From Haplodiscus bocki (lineage: Eukaryota): a DNA stretch of 64,000 nucleotides. Each line of letters begins with the position of its first letter. Position 1 is the stretch's first letter. Position numbers and translations under genes: made by a program. A model generated the notes under the pieces. That model ran no database searches. It was not told the origin of the DNA and saw only the letters and a program-made list of their open reading frames with translations. The stretch is taken from positions 4,402,001 through 4,466,000 of the forward strand of contig OZ296651.1 in assembly GCA_965655095.1 (NCBI GenBank). Reading direction: 5' to 3'. Positions 1-12,100 of the stretch are shown piece by piece.

Positions 1-2650
1 AAGAATGTTGTATCTAGTTACAAGCGCATCCGATTTCACCCTTGCTGGAATCTGGGACCAGGAAAAACTATGTAAGTTTACCACAAAACTGTAACCCATT
101 TGTTACGGAGGTCTAATGGTAAACCGAACAAAGGTAAGGAGCCAAGAAAGTTATGTATCTTTCTCGAAAGGTACTGCTCGTTTCTCGTCGGTAGAAACAT
201 CATTCTTCGTTGAGACAACCAAGCCCTCTCTCGTCTCAGTACTTAATCCACGGACAACGGAATTGTTGGGAAAGAGAATGCTTGCTTTGCCCATTACCAT
301 TTTAATCTAACAACAGAGATCCAGCCAAACACGGAGGTGCTTGTGGACTCATGAAAAAACTGAAGCTCACAAAGACTCAACGGCATTTACCCAGATAAAC
401 CCGAAGCAACAGACTTTCACTACCAAAAGTTGACCGGCATGGAGGAGTAGACAAGAGTTTCAATCCGATCACGCCGGTTCGGAAATTATTTCCCTTGATC
501 TCAGAAAAATGGCGCTTCTTGTTGGTGGACTGAGGGTTCCTAGGAACAGAGGCAGAGCTACGACCTCCGACGATGGAAGAACAACTGACCATCCAGGTGA
601 AGAAAATATATCTACTTCAACTGAAATGTGGTCAAAAATGTGATATTGCGAAGAGCTATTGAAGCCGGTTTTCTCATCAGAGTAATTTGCCTAATGATGG
701 CTGGAATTAGCGAATGTCTTAAGAGTTGTCCTCGCATAGTAATATCTCCAAGCAAAAATGATTACCGTGGAAACAAAAAGCGTTTGAACAGAAGCCCTTA
801 AGTGTTTCTTTGTTGTGCTCTGAATCCATGACAGTGCTTGTAACCTAATCAGCTCATCGTCGTTTCGCAATTGTAGCAAACCGAAATTGTTTGAGCTGCC
901 TTTGTTCCTTTTTTGAAAAGAGACATATGGTGCAAAGGCAATTTACCAACGAGTTTTTGAATGCTTCCTGTGGAGGGGACTGCACAAAGCTTAGCAAATA
1001 CATGACCACTTTACTTAATTGCTAGCTGGCATGGAACACCGCTGGTGAAACCTTTTTCCCTCTCACGTCAGAAAACTAAACTCTTTCATGAACCTCTACA
1101 ATGGATCTTTTATAGATTTCCTTGGAACCAATAGGAACACCCCATCCTCGTCCAGGGCAATCATTTCTCTAAACTACTTGACGCCACGCCCTTTGGCGAT
1201 AAAAATTCTGGTCAAGAAGCTTTTGACTCCATGGCTGACAAATGGTTCTAAAATACGGAACCGCAGCCTAAGGTCATTTCGACAACAGACTTCATTTCCT
1301 TGCTGAGTTGCCACACTTTTTGTACCAAGCGCGCTGCGGGCTGCCCTGCACCAGTTTCTCCCACACCTTAACATACGCGATCGAAAGGATTTTTTAAACG
1401 AACATGTTCGAACAATTCGTTCTTTGTCCGTGTTTCTAGTCACAGAGGCGTCATGACTGGGATTGACACCTCGATGAAATGACAGGAATCTATATTGCAA
1501 TAGACGACGTCACAACAGTACCGTTTGCTATCCCTCGATGTAAAAACTATACCTCCTTTACATATCACGCTTAAGGGTCTACCTGAAAAACCAAAATAAA
1601 AAATAAGATTGCCCTGCTGACGACTTGATAAAACAACAAGAATTGTAACACTTAGCGCGACAAAAATCTCAGTTCGACCTGCGCCGACAGAAATATATGT
1701 CGACAACCATATGGGTTAACCCTAGCCGAGAAACTTGATGAATTAATATGGGTTTTCACAAAAACTGTCCACAAATGTTGACCCACCGTTGAACCGTTTC
1801 AGTAACTCACACCGAAGTGCACCAAGAAGGCAGTTGTTACAAAAATCTTAAGGGCAAGCGTCTGGCGGACGCATCAAATTGGAGGAACAGAAAGTTTCAG
1901 TTTGTTTTACAGGGTGACGAACGAAGATCAGGTGATGAAGTACAGTATTTGAACACCCAAAATATATCTGTCAACAAGACTTTGCTCCATCCTCTTCCGA
2001 AGAAAGAACTCCAACGTCTTTCGCAATCACACAAAAGAAAAGAAAATCAAGGACTCAAACCTTTGAACACACTGTGAAAAAAACTACGAGAGCTCACAAG
2101 ATACCACACTGAGTGCGACGATTTTGGCATTCAATTCTTCTTGAAAGACCCCTAAAAAGATATTCTGCTGAGGCCCTTTTCTCTGATTTAGATGACGTTG
2201 ATAAAGCCACAGAAAGTAACAGAATCCACGCAGCGTCAACCCCGAAATCAACTGATGTTATCCGGAAGCTAACCATGGCACACGCAGGCTCAACACCAAT
2301 TTCATGATCGTGATCAAGGCCTAGATGCCATTTGCTGGGTTTAGGAGAATTTACTATTACCGAGCAATGAGCAAAGTAGTCGCAGAACTTGTTTCCAACG
2401 AACGTCAAGGGGTATTTGAATGGTACGATGGACACTTGTACCACTGGAAGGAAGAACTAACCCGAATTCCAACACTGTGGAAAAAAATTCCGAGTACAGG
2501 CTCGGAGAACCCGATAGGAATGGACCGGACACCAAGCATTTCTGGTTGGGGAGGGGCATCGAACGTTTTGCGAATTCATCAAAAACATGTCTCAACAAAG
2601 TGAGAGTAGAGACAATTAGGATCAGGTTAAACTCCGAGCCCAAATCGAAT
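1..2650 (-). mobile_element. Decayed DIRS-like (tyrosine-recombinase) retrotransposon
   Basis: Minus-strand order of RT-like (VSIVPFKYPLTFVG), RNase H-like (FDASA; STYISVGAGRTEIFVALSV), methyltransferase-like and YR-like remnants; very degenerate. Confidence 0.4.
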
Positions 2651-3161
2651 ATTCAATCAACTTTTTAACGCAAAGCAAAGTTGTACTTCACTAGGCGTGC
2701 TCAATAAGATTAAAAAGACAACAAAAAGTTTATGAAAATATACTTAATACGGATAGGGATATCTTCATACCTTTACAAATGATGAAAGATTTCTCGGTTG
2801 TATAAGCACCTCTCAGTCAGCTTCAAGGAATAAGGAGTCATTCCACAACAAATGATTTTGAAGCTACATATATTCGTCCCCTTTAATTGGCCGCGTTATC
2901 TTCTGATTTTGAACCCACCGAAACAAATGGTACTGCACTCCTATTGTGCGCACTGATACCAGAGAGGCGACTTACTTGACGTCGGTGAAGTAACGAAAAC
3001 AGAATGAAGAGATCGAACGGAAAGAGTGCAGGTAAAACGATAATCGGAACTTCTTTTGTGTTCAGGTGGAGTAAAATGGCAGCAGTTGGTGGGCTCCTTC
3101 TATTTGCTTGGCCTCTACTTGAACAACAAAAAACTGATTGAATTTTTACCAACTTAGCCAG

Positions 3162-6100
3162 ATATATCCTGTACACCTCAGATGGTTGGTTTTCTGGGCT
3201 GCATTTGCCACCCATGTATTGTTGTGTGAACATTTTTTTTCTCGAGTTCGGAGCTTCGGGTATGTTCTATGGAAGAGGCAGTTCTGCTGGTTAAAAATAC
3301 CCTTAACGACAGCAAAAATTGGTGCCATATTGCTCTCAGGGGTGCTCGTTTATAAGAAACAATTGAAACTCTCAATTTTACGTATTCTTTGAAAGTCATG
3401 TAGATCTAACGTATTCTTGCATAAACTTTCATCGCCTTGACGTTGACAAGCCATTGGATACAAACAGTGAGTATAACAACTTGCTTATTGCTGCCACCCT
3501 TACCATAAAGTATCTGTTGACCTTTCTGGTTTTACAACTGAAGCCATTGACCTTGTAGTTTGTACCCCCGATCATAGACTTAGCTCCGATCTAAAATAGC
3601 TTTTTGCAGGAACAAACCGCAAGAGAAGCTGTTCCACGTGCGCGAGTCTCACGAAGAAAGACTCCTACTCCTATTGGAGGTGAAAGGTTTGCCATTCTTT
3701 GCGTCGTTACAGTCACGGATAAGGTAATTTTTATCCCTGAGACATTCTACAAAGATTTACTGCACCACAAACGTATATCTCTCGACCCTAGCCTGCAAAA
3801 CTTGCAATTTACTTCAATGGCTGTGGGCAATCGATGTTTAATCGCAACACTGTTGAATAACGCTTTGTATTTGCTTTTAGTTATACACCTATGTAACTGA
3901 CACTTTCTTGTCAACTTGTTTCTCAGTTTTTAATAAGTGACCCTATCCGGTCATTCGATGCCAAGAAACATTGTCACAAGCTCTGAATAGTTTTAGTTTA
4001 TTTGCTTGATCTCGCTTGAGCTCAGTATTTATTAATCAGAAACTGCATCAGTCAAATCAGGCCACAATGGGAGACCTGTGTGACGGTTCTAAAGAGGACC
4101 ACTTATATCGCAAACCCTGTGACCACTGTAGGCCCTCAAGTTATCTTATCACCTTGATTCTTTTAATGAGAGAATCGAATCATTCTCTGATAATTCAGAC
4201 GAAGATAAATCGGCCTTTTGGGCGAATCCAATATTGAATACCAAACCGCCTACAACACTTTGGCTGACACAGAATGCAAACCAAAATTCCGTTAACATCC
4301 TGAGAATTCCTGCTCTAATGTGCCAGCTGGCTGGGAAGAAAAAACAATTTTTTTATATTTGCTGTCGAAGAATTTTTTTCGGAAGGAAGTTATTCAATTC
4401 ACTACTCGGAGTTTTTTTTCTGTCTTGAGACTGACCATTGCAAAACCAATAGCGCCTTGAATAACACTTATTTGTGGGTGTCCCTGCGGTTAGGAAGCCA
4501 GAGGTGGCGGGTTCCAATCCCGCTGTCGGCCTTTTTCAAATTTTTAGATACTCGTTATCACGTTCTTATGCCTTAAGAGCAAAAAATAGAGTTTTTCGAC
4601 GGAATTTTAAAGCTTTTTAGGAAGCAGGCTTTTTTCGAAATTACTCTTTTTCCGACAAAACTGAAGCAAATTGTCGTTTCTCGATAATTTTGGTCTCGAA
4701 AAAAAGTTGAAAGTTTATGATCAGTTAAAAAAAACTTAATTAGGTTGTAAAGAATTGAAATTATTTTAGTATCTGGGTATCAGTTTCCACCGCCACGCCA
4801 GCTTCTCCGGTGCAAAAAAAACATTTACTGCGAAAATACTTCCATTGGAACATGTCGTTCTGTGATCCCCAGATTAAGGAAGTACCAAAAAGCGCATTTA
4901 GTATTTTGAATTTCCATGAAGTTGCAACTTTTTTTCTCCAAAAATACAAGGCTTAATTACTTCATCTATTTTTCAACCAGAAACCTTGTAAATATACCAG
5001 AGTACTCCATTGAGAAAATTATGATTTTTGCATTGCGTCATAATCCTGATAGTCCGAAATCTCAGAAAACTGCTCTCGTTATTGATACATGTGGATAAAC
5101 AAACTCTTTTCTCACAGAAACTAGTGAATTGATTTCTTCGTTAACGGCCTTAATCAAAACCCCGCCTTTGTAGAGCAGAATTTGCTTAGAAAACCATTCG
5201 TTTCCATCCATGTGTCAAGTTCCTAATTGTCAAGAATTTCCTCCAAAAGAAAACTTTCAGTTTAAACTTTTATCGATTTTGAAACTCTAATTTCTCAGAA
5301 ACAACAGCCTTGACATCTTCAAACAAGGCCTCAATCGAAAACATCACTTTTTACGGAAACATTTGCTGAAGAAGTGATTCGTTTTGATCCTTTCATCGGA
5401 ATCATAAGAATCGGAAAATTCCAAAAAGTACTACTAATATTGTTTCATCCCGGTTTTTGAATTCATGTTCCTCCATAACTACAGTTTTACTTCCGTCATC
5501 GAGGTCTCACTGGAAAACTCCACCCACTTGTAGGAGCAAGCGTTAGATGAGAGAAACTTCGATTTCCATCCTTGTATCAAAATCTTCATAGTCCGAAAAT
5601 GCCGAAAAGTGATTTTTTAATGATATACTTCGTTTTTTATGCTCATTTTTCTCGATAAATATGGGTTTCATTTCCTGCATCAAGGTGGCGATCAAAAAAC
5701 CTACATCTCGAGAAGATGATTTGACGGGAACTTCAATTAGTTTCTTCTATGCAACAAAATCCTTTTGTCCGAAACTCCGAAAGGTGTTGTTGTCAATGAT
5801 TGTCTCGATATTCAAAATCATACTTCTGCGTAACTACAGGTTTGGTTTTTCCTCACCAGGCCTCAATTGAGCAACTTATACTATGCAGGAGATTTCAATT
5901 AGAAGAACAATTACTGTTCTCCTGTGATAAAAATTTTGACAACCCGAAGGTTCCAAATTGAGTTCTTCCAAAATGAATATTGCATTAGGTTTGATTCATC
6001 AAGCGATAAAAATTATTTTTTCTTCAGAAACGCTTGTCCAGTTTCTTTAATCAAAATCCCCATTGACAAATGAATGATAGTAGAAGCTCACTGGTTGTGG

Positions 6101-9100
6101 AAAGCATCGATTTTGTTACTTTTGGTGGAATTTTGACATTTTGAAAAAGCGAGCGATCTGCTGTTAGTTGCGACGTTCATCCGATATTCCACTTCAGTTC
6201 TCCATAGCCCCTGACTTAATTTCCTCATTCTAAACCTCAATCCATAGCTTTTTCTCTTCAGTAGAATACTCGATAGAAACTTTATTGATTTTGTTGCTGG
6301 CGTCGGGATCCTGCTAGTCCGAGATTGTCCAGCAGCTCTCAATTTTGATAAATCTTTTCATTCAAACATATTTTTTCAAAAGTACAGGCTGAATTTATTC
6401 AAACAAGGTCAAACTCGAAATTCCTCTACTTTTTGATGAATTTTATGTTGAAAAAAGCAATCAATATCGTTCCTGCATTGGAATTGTGGTATTCCATAGA
6501 CTCCAGAAGTTTTTAATTTTTTTGCACACAGCTCGATTTTCAAAGTCGTTTCTCTACATAAAGATTGACTGGAGTTTTTTCTTCAAATTTCTTTTTTTGA
6601 ATGTTTCCACTTTTCCAGGAAAATGTCGTTAACAATCAATACCTTCTGTCCATGCAGTAGAATCTTGAAGGACGAAAACTGCCAGAAAGTGCTGTTAGTC
6701 TTGAAATGCTTCGTCATACATACTCATAACTGTCAATCCTACCTGCTTCAATTTTCCATCGAAAAGTCAATCGTTATTTCTTTATTTGTAGCGGACTATT
6801 CTTATCTAAATTTCAAAAACGTCATCTACGTCAGAATTGGAAAAACCTGATCGACCACACTTCACAAAGTGCCTTTGTTATTAAGGCATCTCGAAATCCA
6901 ACTTGTCCTTCTTGAGTCATACTCATTTGAAATTTCTGTCAAAGTGTGAGCTGACGGTAATATGTTCTCAAATGCTCATCAGATGGAATATTTAGTGATT
7001 TTGTCCCTACAAAGGTATATTGATAAGCTGAACTTGCAAAAAGCTCCAATGATTATTCTTATTTTGGCGAAATTCAGACTCAGAATTATTTGATGCTATA
7101 GGCTTGAATTCTTCCACCGTGGTCTCTATCGAGGTGTTTTGCCAAAATTGGGTTGTTTGTATAATTGATTTGATGTATATTTGCTCAATTTCCTTCCGCG
7201 TTTCATTGATGGAAAACATCGCAGTGCGACTGCACATCTTGTTTTTTTCGCCACATGCTTTAATATGGGCACTTATCCGTACTTAATTTTTTTCGGATTA
7301 CACTCCGATCGTTTACCACAGTTTTTGCGCCGTACAGATGAGCAGCGTTGACTTTGACTTGTTGAAAACTTCCTTTAGTTTTCGTCAAGAAGTTTTTCGA
7401 AAGGAAATTAGTCAACTACAGTTTTCCTTTTTTCCAGAATTGGAAAATCACGCAATTTTCGCTTTGCAGATAAATATCTCACATGTTTCTCACAGGAATG
7501 CGGTGTTATCTCAGACTGGTAACCCCAACCAATGGACGCACTGAAACATTTTTGAGGTGGTTTTTTGTTTACTGAAAGTTATATACTTTCAATAAATTTC
7601 AATAAATCTTTTTGTCGCTCAAGACAGTATTCTTTTCGATATTCCTTTGGGTTTTTCCGAAAAGACCCCCTTCTTCTATATAAATGAGTAAACTCAACGT
7701 GTTCCAATTTTTCTGGAAACATAAAAAAGTCGAGATCTTGCGATACCTTTCAGCTGTCCGAAAATTATACAGTGATTATAAAAAGTGACATCCATTTTAA
7801 AACTTCGACTTGTTTTTCCTGGAAAGATTCTTGGAAAACCTGTAAATTATTTTCCTATGAGTGCCTCAAACAACAGAAACGCGTTTCCTTATTTGTTTTT
7901 GCGGAACACATCCTTTTCTACGTTGTATGGTCCTTAGAATCAAACGAGGTTTAGAAAACATCAAGTAATTAAAACTCTCGATACTCAAAAGTAATTCTCC
8001 TCCAAAATGACCGACTGGGTTTCTCCCATTAAAGACAAATTCAATCATTTTCCACTTCCAGAAGCTTCGACTTTATCGGAGTATTTCAGTTTAAATACCT
8101 GGCGTCTGGAGCAAGGATCATTTTTGAAAGGAAAATATTAGAGCGGCAATTTTCAAAATCGAAATCAAAATCAAAATCAAATTTTCTGCAAAACTATTCG
8201 GGTCTTGTTCCTCAAACTCGGTTTCCCTCAAAGCAGCAACTGTCAGTATTTTCCCCGTCAAGGTGCCAATGCACATTTTCTCTTTTTTAAAAGTTGATTC
8301 ATAAATCATGTCTGCTTTTTTCATCTTTTCCTCGAAAATTTGATAGGAAGTTTTTGCCAAAATTTTCGTAATGTATGATGCCTGTTTATATTAGAAATAG
8401 TTTTTTTCCACAACTATCGGCTGCATTTTTTTCTTTGAAACATCCTTGGACAATTTTTGAGTTTTGAAAAATTTTGAAATGAGAAACTTGGGGTTTGATT
8501 TCTTTGAGCAGAAACGTGAAACGTTATTGACTGAGAATTCCGAAACTTGCATATGCATGTGATTGTTCTTGAGCTTCCAACTCATCTCTTTCCAAAACTA
8601 CTGGCTGGACTTTTTTCACTTTTGTCTCAGTTGACAATTTTAATTGAGCATGAGGTTTTCCGAAAAACCTATTCTGATTTATGTTGCCTGCATTCGTACC
8701 CTCATTGGCTGAAATTGGCGAAAGTGCAACTTGTAGTGGTTTTTCTCAGAAATTACAGAAGGTGATTCAGAAAACACCTCGAGTTTAATATTCTTCTTCG
8801 GAACTCTGATATATCGATAACGCCATGAACTGTAGAATTGAGTGGTGGAATGGATGTCTATGGAAAACCTTTGAAAAACCGATTCAAACCAGTTCTCTTG
8901 TTTCAACTGTTTGCAAAATTTGATCAAAAGTTATGTAATTGGAAGAAAAATATGCTGGTGTTAGCCGGCCGTTTTGTCTAATTGTTTTCGACAAAAAAAT
9001 ATCATCTCGAGAAGACTTAAATCCGTGTGAATTTATGGGTTGAGCATGAACTTAGGCAACCCTACTTTTTCTGCTAAGTTGACCGTACCCGAAGACTCTT

Positions 9101-12100
9101 AGACTCACTTGCACAACTCAGTGGCATCAAGAGCCTTTAAGCGCAACTCAAATGCGGTAGAGTGTCAAGGTCAAGCAATGCCAGTCCAGACAAAGCAGCA
9201 GGTTGACAATGCTGGTACACAGTGAACGCCCATATTTCTCCATTGACAGCATTATCAACGACAGATCCACTATCCAGGATGAATAGCAATACCGTTTCGC
9301 AAAAGGTTTTGAAAACAACAGGGGTCCGCAGTTGTCGCTGAAGCCGCATTCGACCTAACATATCAACGCCTCCATCCAGCTCTTTTGAGGCAACTTGCGT
9401 ACAGCCATCATCAATTGACCTCAGTTTTGAACATTCGACCACCACCGCCGTCGAAGTATGTTCCTCTGTGGGAAGTGATGGATCGTTTCCAAGGTTCAGT
9501 CTATAATCATCCGTCAAATAAAAAAGCGAAGAAACTCAGATAGCATAATCAAAACACTCAGAAGGACACGCTACTTTGCAAAATTAACAGCTGCTTGCTC
9601 TGCCTAGAAAAACTACCAATCTGCTGATAGTAACCCAGTCAATCACGGCTTTCATTGTGTGTGGATGTCTTCGGCTATCAAATCCAGGGCCACAAACCCC
9701 AAAACATAGTGTCAATCTGATTGATATGATTTTAGATTGTCGGCGAACATTGTGTTGTTCCTAATGAGAGATCCGAGAAATCAATCAGCCACGTTCTACA
9801 CTCCAACAGTTAGTTGTATTCTTTGAAAACATAACAGCTGTGTCTTTAATCTGAGATGTTACGAGCTCACCGTACCGGGAAAATGTCACCATTGTGAACC
9901 TCTTCAAGCAGCCTCAAACCTTTGGAGATTTGCTGTGGCTTTTTAAACGGTACCTGGAAAATTAAACTCCATACTATATGCTGCTGTCAGTCGCGCTGAA
10001 AGCATCGCCTACATCCATCAACTTGACCTCACTGAAGATTATGTTGCTACTCTTCCTGCTTCTCTTTATGGTCTTGCAGTTCTGCTTCTATTGGTATCTG
10101 CTATAAATCGGTTCATAGTAACTCTACGCAACATGATTTTGGATGAAAAATTCCGTCAAGATGCAGCTCATTTTCTCTAACACGATCCGAATGTTTTGCA
10201 ATCTATATTTCTGATTTTAACGTAGACGATAAAGCCTTCTCTGACTGGTCAACGCTCATGAACAATTTTTCTCAAGCAGTGCCTCCCAAAAGAAACAGGG
10301 ATTTTGAAGAATGTGCTTCAGTTCTCGGCTCTATTTTCCTTGGTCAAACGAAAAACGAGGCGACAAACAACCAATGCCTTCAGTACGGACATAAGAGACA
10401 GGCATGAAAAACAGCTTCGCTTTTTTGATTGCCCGTCCGTTTGTGATTATCAGAAATACAATTGTTATAAGCTGAAGCCGGACCAAGAATCACTTTCGGT
10501 ACTCCACGCAAAAAGCACTTCCACCACATGAACAATTGAGTTATCTGTAGTAATGCATCGTTCAACTTAGGGATTCTATTTTGTAACCACAGTGGTACCA
10601 GGAAACCATCGGTTGCTTTCACAACCTGGAAGCAGCAGCCTGGATAAGGAAAATAAGTCAAGAAGCAGACAATTTGTAACGTGAGTAAACGGATACTTAC
10701 GAAAATGTCTTACTAGAATTGCCTTCATTGTGTATCCAAACCACTATTACGCTTCTGGTGGAGACCTTTGAGCTGGACCAATTTACTTTTTCGAAAAAAA
10801 CCCAGCAGATGACTCTTATCAGGACCTCGATCTTCCCTTGCCTGGTCGCTGCAACACAAAAAAGTTTCGTGTTAGCGAAAGATGAAAAACGTTGACTGGC
10901 CCAGAATCGATCCAACCACGCAGACGGCTCCGCCTATAAAAATCTGAGTGTCTACGATTGCCTCGTCAACGTAACGCAGCGGATCCTAGATGAAGATCGC
11001 AGCTTTTCTCGAGTTAGCAGAGAACTAAACAAATGGTCGTTGACAATATCAAAATGCTTCCAGCCAGAGGGGTTAGATCCAGAGCTGTGCAACAGAACGA
11101 TATCAGTCGGGCTTTTAAAGAGCCTTTCAAGATCAGTTTCGACTCAGTCTCACCCAACGCTACATGTCTCCTTAGCTTAGGAGGAGAGACTAGTGATTTC
11201 CACTTATGCAATCCTCAATGGAAACTTCTTGCTGCCTCTGTCACTTAAAAGATCAACAGAAATTTTCCCTTTAAATGGTGTTTCGAAAGCCGTTAAACAA
11301 AAAAGAAGCCATCTTGAGGGCTTGAAGCTAGAAGCAGAAATCCTTTCGCTGAGAAAAGGAAAATAGTTTCGTATCAGAGGTCCTCAACTTGATGGAGCGC
11401 TGAACATCCAAAACCGACACTGGAGTCTTGAATTTCATGCTTTATTCCAAACGGAACCTCAAACTAGAGAAAATTGTGCAATTTTCCCAAAACAAAACCC
11501 CCTCGATCAATTTTGGCCCGAATTATTGCCAAACTCGTGCTACCCGTACTCTGCTATTGTCCACAGTTCAGTCGCTGGTACAAATTACTACAGAAATTGT
11601 TGCGCTTGCTTTCCAGAAACCAGATTATCCAGCTTACGACGCACCCATATCTTTTGTCGGTAAAAAGCCTAATAAATATTGTGATAAACTTACTATATAG
11701 TTTCAGAGACTGCTCAATGCCTAGAAATCGAACAACATCAGCCAGCGTGGCAGACGAGGAAGGGTCTACACAACTGATCGAGTGCACTGTCAAGCTGCAA
11801 GGGTGACATGGCATGGATCCCCATATGCCCTACAGGTTCCCCAGGGCTTCAAGAGCCGGCCGTTCTTGTTCACGATCAACGCAGCTACGGAGATTGGGCA
11901 ACTGAGGTCCACCGCAGTGATGCCAAAGGAACCTGGGATCAACACCAAGCTAACGAGTATCTTCAATGATGATTCCAAACCCAAAACGGTCGAAGGTAGA
12001 ACGTCAAGATTTTCGGAGTCAATGATGAAGCAAACGATGAAGTGTATTAGAAAGTCCTTGATGTGCCTGCTTAGGCTTGTGTTGAGGTGTCGCAGGAGGT

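Noticed and set aside
2807-2886. Mitochondrial transit-peptide exon making the small gene NDUFB2-like
   Set aside because: No phase-compatible splice donor; the frame hits TAA.
3076-3259. MAAVGGLLLFAWPLLEQQKTD-TGA read-through (selenocysteine) into the alternative frame
   Set aside because: No redox-like context and no SECIS seen in the very short 3' UTR; a splice acceptor at 3157/3161 explains the region more simply.
4476-4536. Functional tRNA
   Set aside because: Only the T arm is intact.
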